From positions 96,001 to 160,000 of IMG/VR virus record IMGVR_UViG_3300032323_001387: 64,000 nt of DNA. The stretch is one strand, 5' to 3'. This DNA comes from a virus. Under the pieces are notes generated by a model that was given only the letters and a program-made list of their open reading frames with translations, made no database searches and was not told the origin of the DNA. The translations under genes and the position numbers were made by a program. Shown in pieces: positions 1 to 9,700 of the stretch. Position 1 is the first letter of the stretch. Each line of letters begins with the position of its first letter.

Positions 1-1
1 G

Positions 2-487
2 ACTCCATTAGATAAAGAATTTAAAATGTTCTTGAAAAAGAAAGGCATTGAGCTTGATTCAAGTACATTTACACTATCATTCCTACCACCGCAAAGCTTT
101 AGTGAGTACAGAGAAATTGAAGTTAACAATGCCAGAGCCGCAGTATTTGGACAGCTAAGTGAAGTTGCTTATCTAAGCAGACGCTTTGTATTGAAGAAAT
201 ATCTAGGCTTAACTGATGAAGAACTAGTTGATAACGAACAAATGTGGCGTGAAGAGAATCCAGAAGATGATGGAAGTCAAATGCCATCAGCGGATGCTTC
301 ATTAGCAGGCAGCGATCTTAATACCTTAGGTGTACAGCGTCCAACTGATGCTGACATGGATGAATTAGGACAGATTGAACAAGGTGCTCAAGCACCAGCT
401 CAGGGAGCAGAACCCGGCACAGCTAGCCCATTAGGCGGAGCACCAGCAGCCGGAGCACCCACACCAACCCCAGGAGCACCAGCATGA
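2..487 (+). CDS. gp20: Portal protein (T4 gp20-like), C-terminal part; gene begins upstream of the window
   Basis: Frame is open from position 2. F..P..FSEYRE.E...AR and LSRRFVLKKYLGLTDEE resemble the gp20 C-terminus; lies just upstream of the core/protease/scaffold/capsid genes. Confidence 0.85.
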   Translation, partial: TPLDKEFKMFLKKKGIELDSSTFTLSFLPPQSFSEYREIEVNNARAAVFGQLSEVAYLSRRFVLKKYLGLTDEELVDNEQMWREENPEDDGSQMPSADASLAGSDLNTLGVQRPTDADMDELGQIEQGAQAPAQGAEPGTASPLGGAPAAGAPTPTPGAPA

Positions 488-690
488 AATTAATGGAAGT
501 TAAACCAGGATTTAATGATCCTGCTAATAATGAATTAGTTAAATCGAAAAAAATGGATACAAGGCGTCCTAGACTGACACTTGAACATTTGAGTAAGCTT
601 AGAAAAATGCGCGAAATTCGAAAGCTAGAAATCGAAGAGCGCAAAGAACTTTATAAGAAGATTTACCAGCGACCCGTAGCGCCAATGTAA
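484..690 (+). CDS. Small basic hypothetical head-module protein
   Basis: 68 aa ORF overlapping the portal stop (ATGA); MKLMEV N-terminus. Confidence 0.7.
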   Translation: MKLMEVKPGFNDPANNELVKSKKMDTRRPRLTLEHLSKLRKMREIRKLEIEERKELYKKIYQRPVAPM

Positions 691-704
691 ATTTCTTATA
701 CTTA

Positions 705-735
705 CCCTGGTTTTCTTTTAGAAAACTGGGTTTTT
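705..735 (+). terminator. Probable intrinsic terminator
   Basis: CCCTGGTTTTTCT..AGAAAACTGGG imperfect hairpin followed by TTTTT. Confidence 0.5.
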
Positions 736-819
736 AACTCTATTTCTCCCATACTTTTGTAATATATCTGTAAATATGATACAGACAACCACTTTTGGCC
801 AAAAGGAGAGAAATACATT

Positions 820-1671
820 ATGTCTAAACATACATTAGAACAAGTTTTAGAAGCCCTTATTAACAAAGAAGATGATCGTGCAAGCGACTTGCTACATCAA
901 TACTTTGTTCAAAAAGGCAAATCAATCTATGAAGAGCTAAGTCAATTCGACGAAGCTGCTGAAGAAGAATTAGACGAAGAAGTCGAAGAAGAATTAGAAG
1001 AAGGCTTTGGTGCAGCTCCTAGTCAAGACTTCGAAGATGAGATCATCGCTAACGAAGATGACCTAGAAGACGAAAGTTTATTCGGCGAAGCTGAAGGCGA
1101 CAACGAAGACCCAATGGCAGCTGACGAACCAACAGACGACGAAGCAACAGCTGACTTGGCTATGGACGACGCAGAAGGTGCCGAAGGCGGAGAAGGCGCT
1201 CCAGCAGGTGCTGAAGGCGCAGCAGAAAAGCTAGACGTTGCCACAGACGCACTAGAAGAACTAAAAGCATTCTTTGCTGAACTAACTGGTGACGAGCCAG
1301 CTGGTGATGACATGGGTGCCGACATGGGCGATGAGCCTGCTATGGGTGGTGACGAGCCAACTAAAGAAGGTTATCGTGCTTTTGGTGAAGCAGCAACTTT
1401 AAAAGCTGTTAGCAAGCCAACTCCAGGCGACAACGGCGCTAACACAAAGAGCCCAACAGCAACTGGTAAGCGTATCGACAGCAATGGCGCTAAGGCAGTT
1501 AACTTCACAGGCGAAGCTGGTGCAGGTCAAGCTACTCCAAGCAGCAAGACTGATGACATGGGCAACGTAAACAAAGTTGGCAATGCAAAAGCTCCAGCGC
1601 AGAAAAGCGTAAGCGTTCCTAAGAACAGCGATGCAGCTAGCAACAAGACTAGTCCAGTAGCAAAGAGTTAA
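820..1671 (+). CDS. Acidic prohead core protein (gp67-like position)
   Basis: Very Glu/Asp-rich 283 aa ORF between portal and protease; AGGAG SD; upstream TAAATA at 771. Confidence 0.7.
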   Translation: MSKHTLEQVLEALINKEDDRASDLLHQYFVQKGKSIYEELSQFDEAAEEELDEEVEEELEEGFGAAPSQDFEDEIIANEDDLEDESLFGEAEGDNEDPMAADEPTDDEATADLAMDDAEGAEGGEGAPAGAEGAAEKLDVATDALEELKAFFAELTGDEPAGDDMGADMGDEPAMGGDEPTKEGYRAFGEAATLKAVSKPTPGDNGANTKSPTATGKRIDSNGAKAVNFTGEAGAGQATPSSKTDDMGNVNKVGNAKAPAQKSVSVPKNSDAASNKTSPVAKS

Positions 1672-1675
1672 TTAA

Positions 1676-2314
1676 ATGGCATACTTACCATTAGTAGAAT
1701 CTTTAACATACGATCAGGCGAAGATGAAAACTCACCTGATTGAGAACGCCTCTGGTGGCAAGGATCTCTACATGGAAGGCATTTTCATTGAAGGTGGTGT
1801 ACGCAATCATAACCAACGTGTATACCAAGTCAGTGAAATTGCCAAAGCATGTTCTGCCATTTCAGAAAAAATTAAAAACGGTTTCAGTGTGCTCGGCGAA
1901 GCTGATCACCCTGATGACTTACAAGTTAACTTAGACCGTGTTAGTCACATGATTACAAATATGTACATGAATGAAAACACTGGTATAGGTAAATTAAAAA
2001 TCCTACCAACACCAATGGGTAAAATCGTTGAAACGTTGTTGACAAGCGGAGTTAAGCTTGGTGTTTCAAGTAGGGGTTCAGGAAACGTCAATGAATCTGG
2101 TGGCGTTTCTGATTTTGAGATAGTCACGGTTGACATCGTGGCCCAACCAAGTGCTCCAAATGCATATCCAAAAGCTATCTATGAACGTGTTATGCACGAC
2201 CGTAGACGCGGCGCCCTATGGGACGTTGCATCAGCTTCCAAGTATGACAATAAAGCACAAAAATACCTCAAGGAAGAGGTTCTCAGGTTCATCAATAACC
2301 TAAATAAAAATTAA
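1676..2314 (+). CDS. gp21: Prohead maturation protease (T4 gp21-like)
   Basis: Motifs N.N.RVY, LGEADHP, GVSSRGSG, D.V..PSAP.A. Confidence 0.95.
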   Translation: MAYLPLVESLTYDQAKMKTHLIENASGGKDLYMEGIFIEGGVRNHNQRVYQVSEIAKACSAISEKIKNGFSVLGEADHPDDLQVNLDRVSHMITNMYMNENTGIGKLKILPTPMGKIVETLLTSGVKLGVSSRGSGNVNESGGVSDFEIVTVDIVAQPSAPNAYPKAIYERVMHDRRRGALWDVASASKYDNKAQKYLKEEVLRFINNLNKN

Positions 2315-2325
2315 GGGGAATAAAG

Positions 2326-3432
2326 ATGAGCGGAATTAAAGAACTATTTGGCACTGAGGTTTTATCTGAGGAAGTTCAAAGTCAACTACAAGAGGCATGG
2401 GATAACCAAGCTAAAGTATTGCGTGAAGAAGTGGAAGCTAATTTACGTGAAGAATTTAGCCAACGTTATGAACATGACAAAGGCCTTATTGTAGAGGCAG
2501 CGGACAAAATGATTTCCGAAGCTATTCGTAAAGAACTTGAAGAGTTAGCTATTGACAAGCGTGAACTTGTAGAATCGAAAGTTGCCTACAAGAAGCAAGT
2601 TAAAGAACATGCTAAACTTTTAAACAAGTTTGTTTTAGAAGCATTGGCTAAGGAAGTTAAAGAACTTAGAGAAGACCGCACTGCACAGAAAGCAAACTTC
2701 GAGAAACTTGAAGAATTTGCTCTTAAGAAACTAAGCAACGAACTACGTGAGTTGAAAGAAGACGAAGACAAATTAGTTAAGGCTCGTGTCGACCTAGTAA
2801 CCGAAGGTCGCAAAGTAATAGCTGAAGCAAAAGCAAAATTCATCAAAGAAGCAGCCGTTAAAGCTGAAAAACTTCTAGGTGAATCATTGCGTAATGAAAT
2901 CACACAACTACGTGAAGACATTCAAGTAAGTCGTGAAAATGCATTTGGTCGTAAGATCATGGAAGCATTTGCTGGTGAATTTATGGCAAGTGGTTTTGCT
3001 GACGGCACACAAGTTAAGAAGCTTGGTGACAAACTAGCAATTTTGGAATCTAAACTAAGTGAAGCTACGAAAGTAGTTACAGAGAAAGATGCTGAAATTG
3101 CCAAAGCACAATCCAAGATTCGCATTGCTGAAGATGCTGTAAAGCGTCAAAGTATTATGCAAGAGTTGGTAGCTCCGCTAGGTAAAGAAAAGCGTGAGAT
3201 CATGGAAGATTTGTTAAAGACAACAAAGACCGAAAGTCTACGTGAATCATATAACAAATACCTACCAGCTGTTTTAAATGAAACAGCAGCTAAGCCAACA
3301 GGCAAAGCTGTAATTTCCGAAAGCGCAACATCGCAGAAGACTGCGGTAACAGGCGATAAAGCTTCTAGTGATAACACTGCTCCGGCAGACATTATTTCAC
3401 TAAGAAAATTAGCCGGAATTGGAAAAATTTAA
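2326..3432 (+). CDS. gp22: Prohead core scaffolding protein (gp22-like)
   Basis: Long Glu/Lys coiled coil between protease and major capsid. Confidence 0.85.
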   Translation: MSGIKELFGTEVLSEEVQSQLQEAWDNQAKVLREEVEANLREEFSQRYEHDKGLIVEAADKMISEAIRKELEELAIDKRELVESKVAYKKQVKEHAKLLNKFVLEALAKEVKELREDRTAQKANFEKLEEFALKKLSNELRELKEDEDKLVKARVDLVTEGRKVIAEAKAKFIKEAAVKAEKLLGESLRNEITQLREDIQVSRENAFGRKIMEAFAGEFMASGFADGTQVKKLGDKLAILESKLSEATKVVTEKDAEIAKAQSKIRIAEDAVKRQSIMQELVAPLGKEKREIMEDLLKTTKTESLRESYNKYLPAVLNETAAKPTGKAVISESATSQKTAVTGDKASSDNTAPADIISLRKLAGIGKI

Positions 3433-3442
3433 GGAGACTATT

Positions 3443-4624
3443 ATGTCTGAAAAACTTTTCGAAGCCCAGAACTGGACTGCAACTAAAGACGTTCTACTAG
3501 AAGGCTTGAATGGCAACCGTAAGGCTGTTATGGAATCTGTGTTAGAAAACACAAAGAAAAATATTATGGAATCTGCTAGCGCAGGTGCCACACAAAGCGG
3601 TAACATCGCTGTTCTTAACAAGGTAATTTTACCTGTTATCCGTCGTGTTATGCCTACTGTTATTGCTAACGAGATCATCGGTGTTCAACCAATGACTGGT
3701 CCAGTTGGTCAAATTCACACTCTACGTGTACGTTATGCTGAAACTGCCGCTGGCGTTACAGCAGGTAGCGAAGCATTGAGCCCATTCAACATTGCTAAAG
3801 CATATTCCGGTAACGGCGATGCTAACAATCCAGGCCCAGAAGCAACTGCTACAATGGAAGGTGCTATTGGTAAGAAGTTAAGCATCCAGATCTTGAAACA
3901 GACTGTTGAAGCTAAAACTCGTAAGATGTCTGCACGTTGGACATTTGAAGCTGCTCAAGACGCACAAGCTATGCATGGTTTGGACGTTGAGGCAGAAATC
4001 ATGGCTGCTTTGGCACAAGAAATCACTGCTGAAATCGACCAAGAGTTGCTAGGTAAACTACGTACTCTAAGCGGTGCCGCAGTTCACACTTTTGACCAAG
4101 GTCAAAACGGTACAGCATTCACAGGTAGCCCAACATTCGTTGGTGACCAACATGCTGCTCTAGCTATTATGATCAATGATGTTGCTAACCGTATCGCTCA
4201 ACGCACACGTCGTGGCGCAGGTAACTATGTTGTTGTTTCCCCAACAGCATTGACTATCCTACAAAGTGCTACAACTTCTGCGTTCGCACGTACTACAGAA
4301 GGTACATTCGAAGCTCCGACAAACACAAAGTTTGCTGGTACATTGAACAGCTCAGTTCGTGTTTATGTTGACAGCTATGCTGACGCAACTACACCGATCT
4401 TGGTTGGTTACAAAGGTCCTAACGAAATGGACGCAGCAGCTTTCTATTGCCCATACATCCCATTGATGAGCAGTGGTGTTGTTCTTGATCCAGCTACAAT
4501 GGAACCAGTCGTATCTTTCATGACACGTTATGGTTATGTTGAGTTAACAAACACAGCATCATCTCTTGGTAATGCTGCTGACTACCTAGGCAAAATTGCT
4601 ATGGGTAGTGCTAAGTTCTTCTAA
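3443..4624 (+). CDS. gp23: Major capsid protein (T4 gp23-like)
   Basis: IIGVQPMTGPVGQI, VEAKTRK..ARWT.E.AQD, EIT.EID, FYCPYIP, TRYG; start at 3443 after AAGGAG. Confidence 0.97.
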   Translation: MSEKLFEAQNWTATKDVLLEGLNGNRKAVMESVLENTKKNIMESASAGATQSGNIAVLNKVILPVIRRVMPTVIANEIIGVQPMTGPVGQIHTLRVRYAETAAGVTAGSEALSPFNIAKAYSGNGDANNPGPEATATMEGAIGKKLSIQILKQTVEAKTRKMSARWTFEAAQDAQAMHGLDVEAEIMAALAQEITAEIDQELLGKLRTLSGAAVHTFDQGQNGTAFTGSPTFVGDQHAALAIMINDVANRIAQRTRRGAGNYVVVSPTALTILQSATTSAFARTTEGTFEAPTNTKFAGTLNSSVRVYVDSYADATTPILVGYKGPNEMDAAAFYCPYIPLMSSGVVLDPATMEPVVSFMTRYGYVELTNTASSLGNAADYLGKIAMGSAKFF

Positions 4625-4650
4625 ATCGAAATTTCGATTTTACAACTTAC

Positions 4651-4675
4651 AAAAGGGCTCTTCGGAGCCCTTTTT
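4651..4675 (+). terminator. Intrinsic terminator (UUCG loop) after major capsid gene
   Basis: AAAAGGGCTC-TTCG-GAGCCCTTTTT. Confidence 0.9.
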
Positions 4676-4679
4676 GTTC

Positions 4680-4687
4680 TATAAATA
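4680..4687 (+). promoter_or_regulatory. T4-type late promoter
   Basis: TATAAATA, 5 nt before the ATG at 4693. Confidence 0.75.
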
Positions 4688-4692
4688 ATCAT

Positions 4693-4926
4693 ATGTTTAA
4701 AACAGTAAGTCAAGAAGTTAAAGTAGAACGCATGTCTATATGTAAACAATGCGACTCATTTATAAGTAGCATGTCTACTTGTAAACAATGCGGATGTTAT
4801 ATGCCAGCAAAAGCTACTTTTGCTAGTAGTGAGTGCCCAGACAAAAAATGGACAACTGCACCTGCCGGCGAAAATCTAATAAATAAGATAGAGGAAATGA
4901 TTCTCGAAAGCTGGAATAAACAATAA
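4693..4926 (+). CDS. Small Cys-rich metal-binding protein (DUF6171-like)
   Basis: R..ICxxC-x9-CxxCGC-x12-CP..KW pattern. Confidence 0.65.
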   Translation: MFKTVSQEVKVERMSICKQCDSFISSMSTCKQCGCYMPAKATFASSECPDKKWTTAPAGENLINKIEEMILESWNKQ

Positions 4927-5324
4927 TGGCAGACTTATATACCAAGTTACATGGTACAACTACTGATAGATTTAAAATAGGCTTAAAAAACCAACGAGTT
5001 ACATTGTCTGGCAATACAGTTAATACAGCAACAACAGAATTATTAGACAGGGACGGATTAAAATATACAGCAGAATCTACAGTATTCTTTACAGCATATA
5101 TTGTTGGCAAAGGTGCAAATGTGGCTGCTTATGAAATAAAAGGTTGTTATTTACAAGGCACTACAACAATATCTGGTTACGTTACAAACACTTATGTTGA
5201 TACTAACAACTTTACAGAGCCAACGATAAGTTTTAATGCCGACGGCGATATTACAGTGACTGTCACTGGCGTAGGTACTGATGTTATAGATTGGACAGCA
5301 GTTATTGATTTCGTTTCAATATAA
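4926..5324 (+). CDS. Putative virion structural protein
   Basis: Thr-rich beta-type 132 aa ORF coupled to the previous gene (TAATG) in a late operon. Confidence 0.6.
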   Translation: MADLYTKLHGTTTDRFKIGLKNQRVTLSGNTVNTATTELLDRDGLKYTAESTVFFTAYIVGKGANVAAYEIKGCYLQGTTTISGYVTNTYVDTNNFTEPTISFNADGDITVTVTGVGTDVIDWTAVIDFVSI

Positions 5325-5333
5325 GAGAGTAAT

Positions 5334-6476
5334 ATGGCAATTAAAGTAAATCATTCAACAGAAACATTAACTCCAGAAAGCGGCGTCTTAGAAGTTAATG
5401 CACAAGGTGCGTTAAAACTTCCAACAGGCAGTTCTTTACAACGTCCAATTGGCACAGAAGGTCAACTGCGATATTCCAATGAGTTGTTTAATCCTGAATT
5501 TTTTGATGGAACAACTTGGCGCTTATTAACGAATAAAGACTATGTTGATAGTCAAATAACACAAACTGATAGCGATCTTACTAATACCATTAATAACTTA
5601 CAGTTGAATGATTTGACTGACGTAACCGTTACAAATCCAACTACAGGTGAAGTGTTAGTATATGACACGACCATAGGACAATTTAGAAGTCAAACCAATG
5701 CACTGACACCTATAACAAGAAATTTTATGGGTGATGGTACAACGTTAGAATTTGATATTCAAACCAGTGTGAGTAATCCAAACTTATTGGTAGTATCTAT
5801 CAACGGTATTACGCAAGAACCTTATTATAGTTATACGATTGTAGACGGTACGACACTTACATTTGATGAAGCACCTGCACAAAGTGATAGAATACAAGTT
5901 CGTATCCTTAGGAGTAACACTACCAGTGATAGACCTAGACCTAAAATAACTAATATATCTTATAGCACATTAGGCCAATACACAACGATTTCAGTCGTAT
6001 GTTTAGACATAACATACGGCACAGGCGCCAAAATTGGTGGCCAAGCAATAACTAGGATAGATTACCCTAGCGAAAATATTCTTCAACTTATGGTTGAGAC
6101 AAGTCAAGTAACAGGTTCCTTATGGAATACTGCACAAGACTTAACGCTGGTCGATACCAGCGGCAATGAATATGTTTATAAAAATTTAATAAATTATGGT
6201 TCAAGCAAGCCTCAGTTTACAGATAGCACATCATATATTGGGCGATTTAGAGGTGGAGACAGTATTAATTTTCCAATTGGAGTAAATAATACTACAAGTA
6301 TAAACATACAGCCTGCTAATGCAGGTGAATCCGCAATTAGCTGGTTGTCAGTAAGCGGAACAAGTATCGTAGGAACTGCTCCTAATAACAGCAATCCTAG
6401 TCGATACGAAATTACAATAGTAGCCAGTGATGGTCTTATTAATATAACTAAGAACTACTGGCTACTAGTCATATGA
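5334..6476 (+). CDS. Virion fibre/appendage-associated protein
   Basis: LP.G...QRP....G.LRY module, LNDLTDV....P..G.VL.Y module, F.GDG.T..F...INGITQEP..Y..FD.AP domain, C-terminal Ig-like stretch. Confidence 0.7.
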   Translation: MAIKVNHSTETLTPESGVLEVNAQGALKLPTGSSLQRPIGTEGQLRYSNELFNPEFFDGTTWRLLTNKDYVDSQITQTDSDLTNTINNLQLNDLTDVTVTNPTTGEVLVYDTTIGQFRSQTNALTPITRNFMGDGTTLEFDIQTSVSNPNLLVVSINGITQEPYYSYTIVDGTTLTFDEAPAQSDRIQVRILRSNTTSDRPRPKITNISYSTLGQYTTISVVCLDITYGTGAKIGGQAITRIDYPSENILQLMVETSQVTGSLWNTAQDLTLVDTSGNEYVYKNLINYGSSKPQFTDSTSYIGRFRGGDSINFPIGVNNTTSINIQPANAGESAISWLSVSGTSIVGTAPNNSNPSRYEITIVASDGLINITKNYWLLVI

Positions 6477-6528
6477 ACTTATCCTAAGTTGGCGGCACCA
6501 AACTTAAACATGCCAAGGAGTTGATAAG

Positions 6529-6735
6529 ATGCCTTTAATAAAGTTGAGGTCCAGTTCTATAACCGAAAGCGTAAATTTACGTGGACAACCAACTGCATCT
6601 AGTCAAATTTCCGAAATAGCTACAACGGAATTCGTAACTCATGAAGTTGCTAATTTAGTTGATTCTGCTCCTGAGTTACTTAATACTCTAGCAGAGTTAG
6701 CGCAGTCTTTGGGCACAGACCAAAATCAAGCCTAA
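6529..6735 (+). CDS. Short paralog of the N-terminus of the downstream fibre
   Basis: MPLIKLRSSSI..VNLRGQPTA...LVDSAPELLNTLAELA matches the start of the 6774 ORF; has its own AGGAG SD. Confidence 0.7.
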   Translation: MPLIKLRSSSITESVNLRGQPTASSQISEIATTEFVTHEVANLVDSAPELLNTLAELAQSLGTDQNQA

Positions 6736-6773
6736 CAGAATTTCATTAGAAATTCTATTTTAAGGATAATAAA

Positions 6774-9700
6774 ATGCCATTAATTAAAGCCCGGTCAAGT
6801 TCTATTATGGACAACGTTGACCTACGTGGTCAACCAACGGCAGAAACGGCTCAACAATCGGTTAATACTAACCAATTAGCCAGTACTGCTTATGTTAGAA
6901 CAGCAGTTGCTGAATTAGTCGATTCTGCTCCAGGTTTGCTAGATACATTGAATGAACTAGCTGCCGCGATTGCAGATGATGCAAATTTTGCAACAACCGT
7001 TGCAAATAGTATTGCTACAAAAGTACCATTAGATGGTAGCGTAGCAATGACAGGTGAACTGACATTGTCAGGTACACCGACACAAAATTTAAGTGCAACA
7101 ACAAAACAGTACGTCGACGATTTAGTTGACAGTCAGATGATCTACAGCACAGATGATGTTGCTGAAGGTACAACTAACTTATATTACACAGCTACTCGTG
7201 TAAAAAATGCAATTAGTTTAACTAGTGACAACACTACTGTATTAGACTATGATAGTGCAAGTGGTCAATTTACATACAATCACCCAACAAGTGATGGTGT
7301 TCTAGAAGGCGCAACAAACTTATATTTCACAACAGCTCGTGCTCGTAACAGCATTAGCATGAACAGTGATGATGGTACTATCATTTCTTATAGTAGCAGC
7401 ACTGGTGAAATTACATTCACAACCCCAGATACAGACAAGATCGTCGAAGGCGCAACAAACTTATATTTCACAACAGCTCGTGCTCGTAATTCAATCAGCA
7501 ATGGCGCAAACATTGACTATGATGCAAGCAGTGGTATTGTTAGTACACAAGCTGCGGTTTGGAGTGTTAACGGTCAAGAACACACAGTTGTTTTAGATAC
7601 AGACGACATTAGCGAAGGTAGTGCAAACTTATACTTTACGAATGCTCGCGCTCGTAGTGCAGTAAGTTTAACAACTGATAACAGCAATATTTTAAGTTAT
7701 AACTCTGGTACAGGTACTTTAACATTTACAACACCTAGTACAGACGCTATTTCTGAAGGCAGCGTAAACTTATATTACACTGATACTCGTGTACGTGCTG
7801 CAATCAGCGCCAGCGGTGATATCAGCTACAACCAAGCTACAGGTAACTTTAGCTATTCAACACCAACTACAGACGGTGTTAACGAAGGATCTAGCAATTT
7901 GTATTTTACAAATGCAAGAGCCCGCAATTCAGTAAGTTTAACATCTGACAACAGCTCAGTTTTAAGTTATGACAATTCTACTGGTGAATTTACATTCACT
8001 TTAGGTAACCAAACTACTGATGATGTACAAGAAGGTACAAATAACTTGTATTATTTGGACGGTCGTGCTCGCGCAGCTATTAGCCTAAGCAGTAACTGGG
8101 GTAATGTCAGCTACGACAATACAAGTGGTGTTATCACTGTTAGTGCGCCTAGTACAGATGACGTAACAGAAGGTACAAACTTGTATCACACAACAGCCCG
8201 CGCTCGAGGTGCAGTAAGTGCTACAGATGCTGGCGGTGACGGCAGTTTCAGCTATGACAGCGCAACTGGTGTATTCACTTATACTGGTCCAAGTGATAGC
8301 GAAGTACGTGCTCACCTAAGCGCAGTTGATGCTGGCGGTGACGGCAGTTTCAGCTATGACAGCGCAACTGGTGTATTCACTTATACTGGTCCAACTGCTA
8401 CTGAAGTTCGTGCTCATTTGAGTGCTACAAGTGCTTCTGGTGCTCAGTATGACAGCAACACTGGTGTTATTAGCTTGTCTAATATTCCAAATAGCAGCCT
8501 AACAAACGATAGCGTAACAGTTAACGGCGCTACAGTGGCATTAGGTGGTAGCACAAGCTTTGACACTGACAGTGTAAATGAAGGTGCAACAAATCAGTAC
8601 TTTACACAGACACGTGCTCGTAATTCTATCAGCTTAACAAGTGACAACACTAGCGTTCTGGATTATGACAGTATCACTGGTGAATTCACATTCAGTCTAG
8701 GTAACCAAACTACTGACGACGTTGCAGAAGGCGCAACAAACTTATACTTTACAGACACTCGTGCCCGTAATGCAGTAAGCGCAGTAGACGCAGGCGGCGA
8801 TGGTAGCTTCAGCTATGACGCAGCAACTGGTACATTCACTTATACTGGCCCAAGTGCAGCAGAAGTACGTGCACACCTAAGCGCAACAAGCGCATCTGGT
8901 GTAACATACAACAGCTCTACTGGCGTAATTGCTCTTGCAAGTATTCCAAATAGCAGCTTGACAAACAGCGAAATCACATTGAACGGTACAACCGTTTCTC
9001 TTGGTGGTAGCAACAGCTTTACTACAGACGCTGTTAATGAAGGTACAACTAACCAATACTACACATCAACTCGCGTTCGTAATGAACTAAGCGCAGACGA
9101 TGTTGAAGGCGTTGGTGCATTCAGCTATAACAGCAACACTGGCGAGTTTTCTTTTGACGCAAGTGCAGTAGTTGCAACAGTTAACGGCCAAAGCGGTTAT
9201 GTAACTTTAGATACAGATGACATCAACGAAGGTTCTGGTAACCTATACTACACAACAGCCCGCACTCGTGCAGACGTTAGTGGTGGTACAGGTGTAACAT
9301 ACACACAGTCAACTGGTGTATTTGCAATCGGTCAAGCAGTTGGTACATCCGACGACGTTACATTCAACGATGTAACAGTTAGTGGTGATTTAACAGTTAA
9401 CGGTACATTGACAACAATCAACAGTACTGATTTAACAGTTACAGATAAGAACATCACTATTGCCGATGGCGCAGCAAACGCAGCCGCAGCAAACGGTGCT
9501 GGTATTACAGTAGATGGTGCTAATGCAACTATCACCTATGCTAGTGCAACAGACAGCTGGGATTTCAACAAAGATGTAAGCATCACTGGTGGTTTAACAC
9601 TAACAGAAGATCTAACAGCTCCTACATTCATTGGTGATCTAACAGGTGACGTAACTGGTACAGTAAGTGACATCAGCAACCACAATACTGATGCTCTAAC

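Noticed and set aside
6529-6774. Read-through or frameshift fusing the 68-aa ORF to the fibre
   Set aside because: The two ORFs are in different frames, each has its own SD and ATG, they are paralogous starts, and no slippery site is evident.
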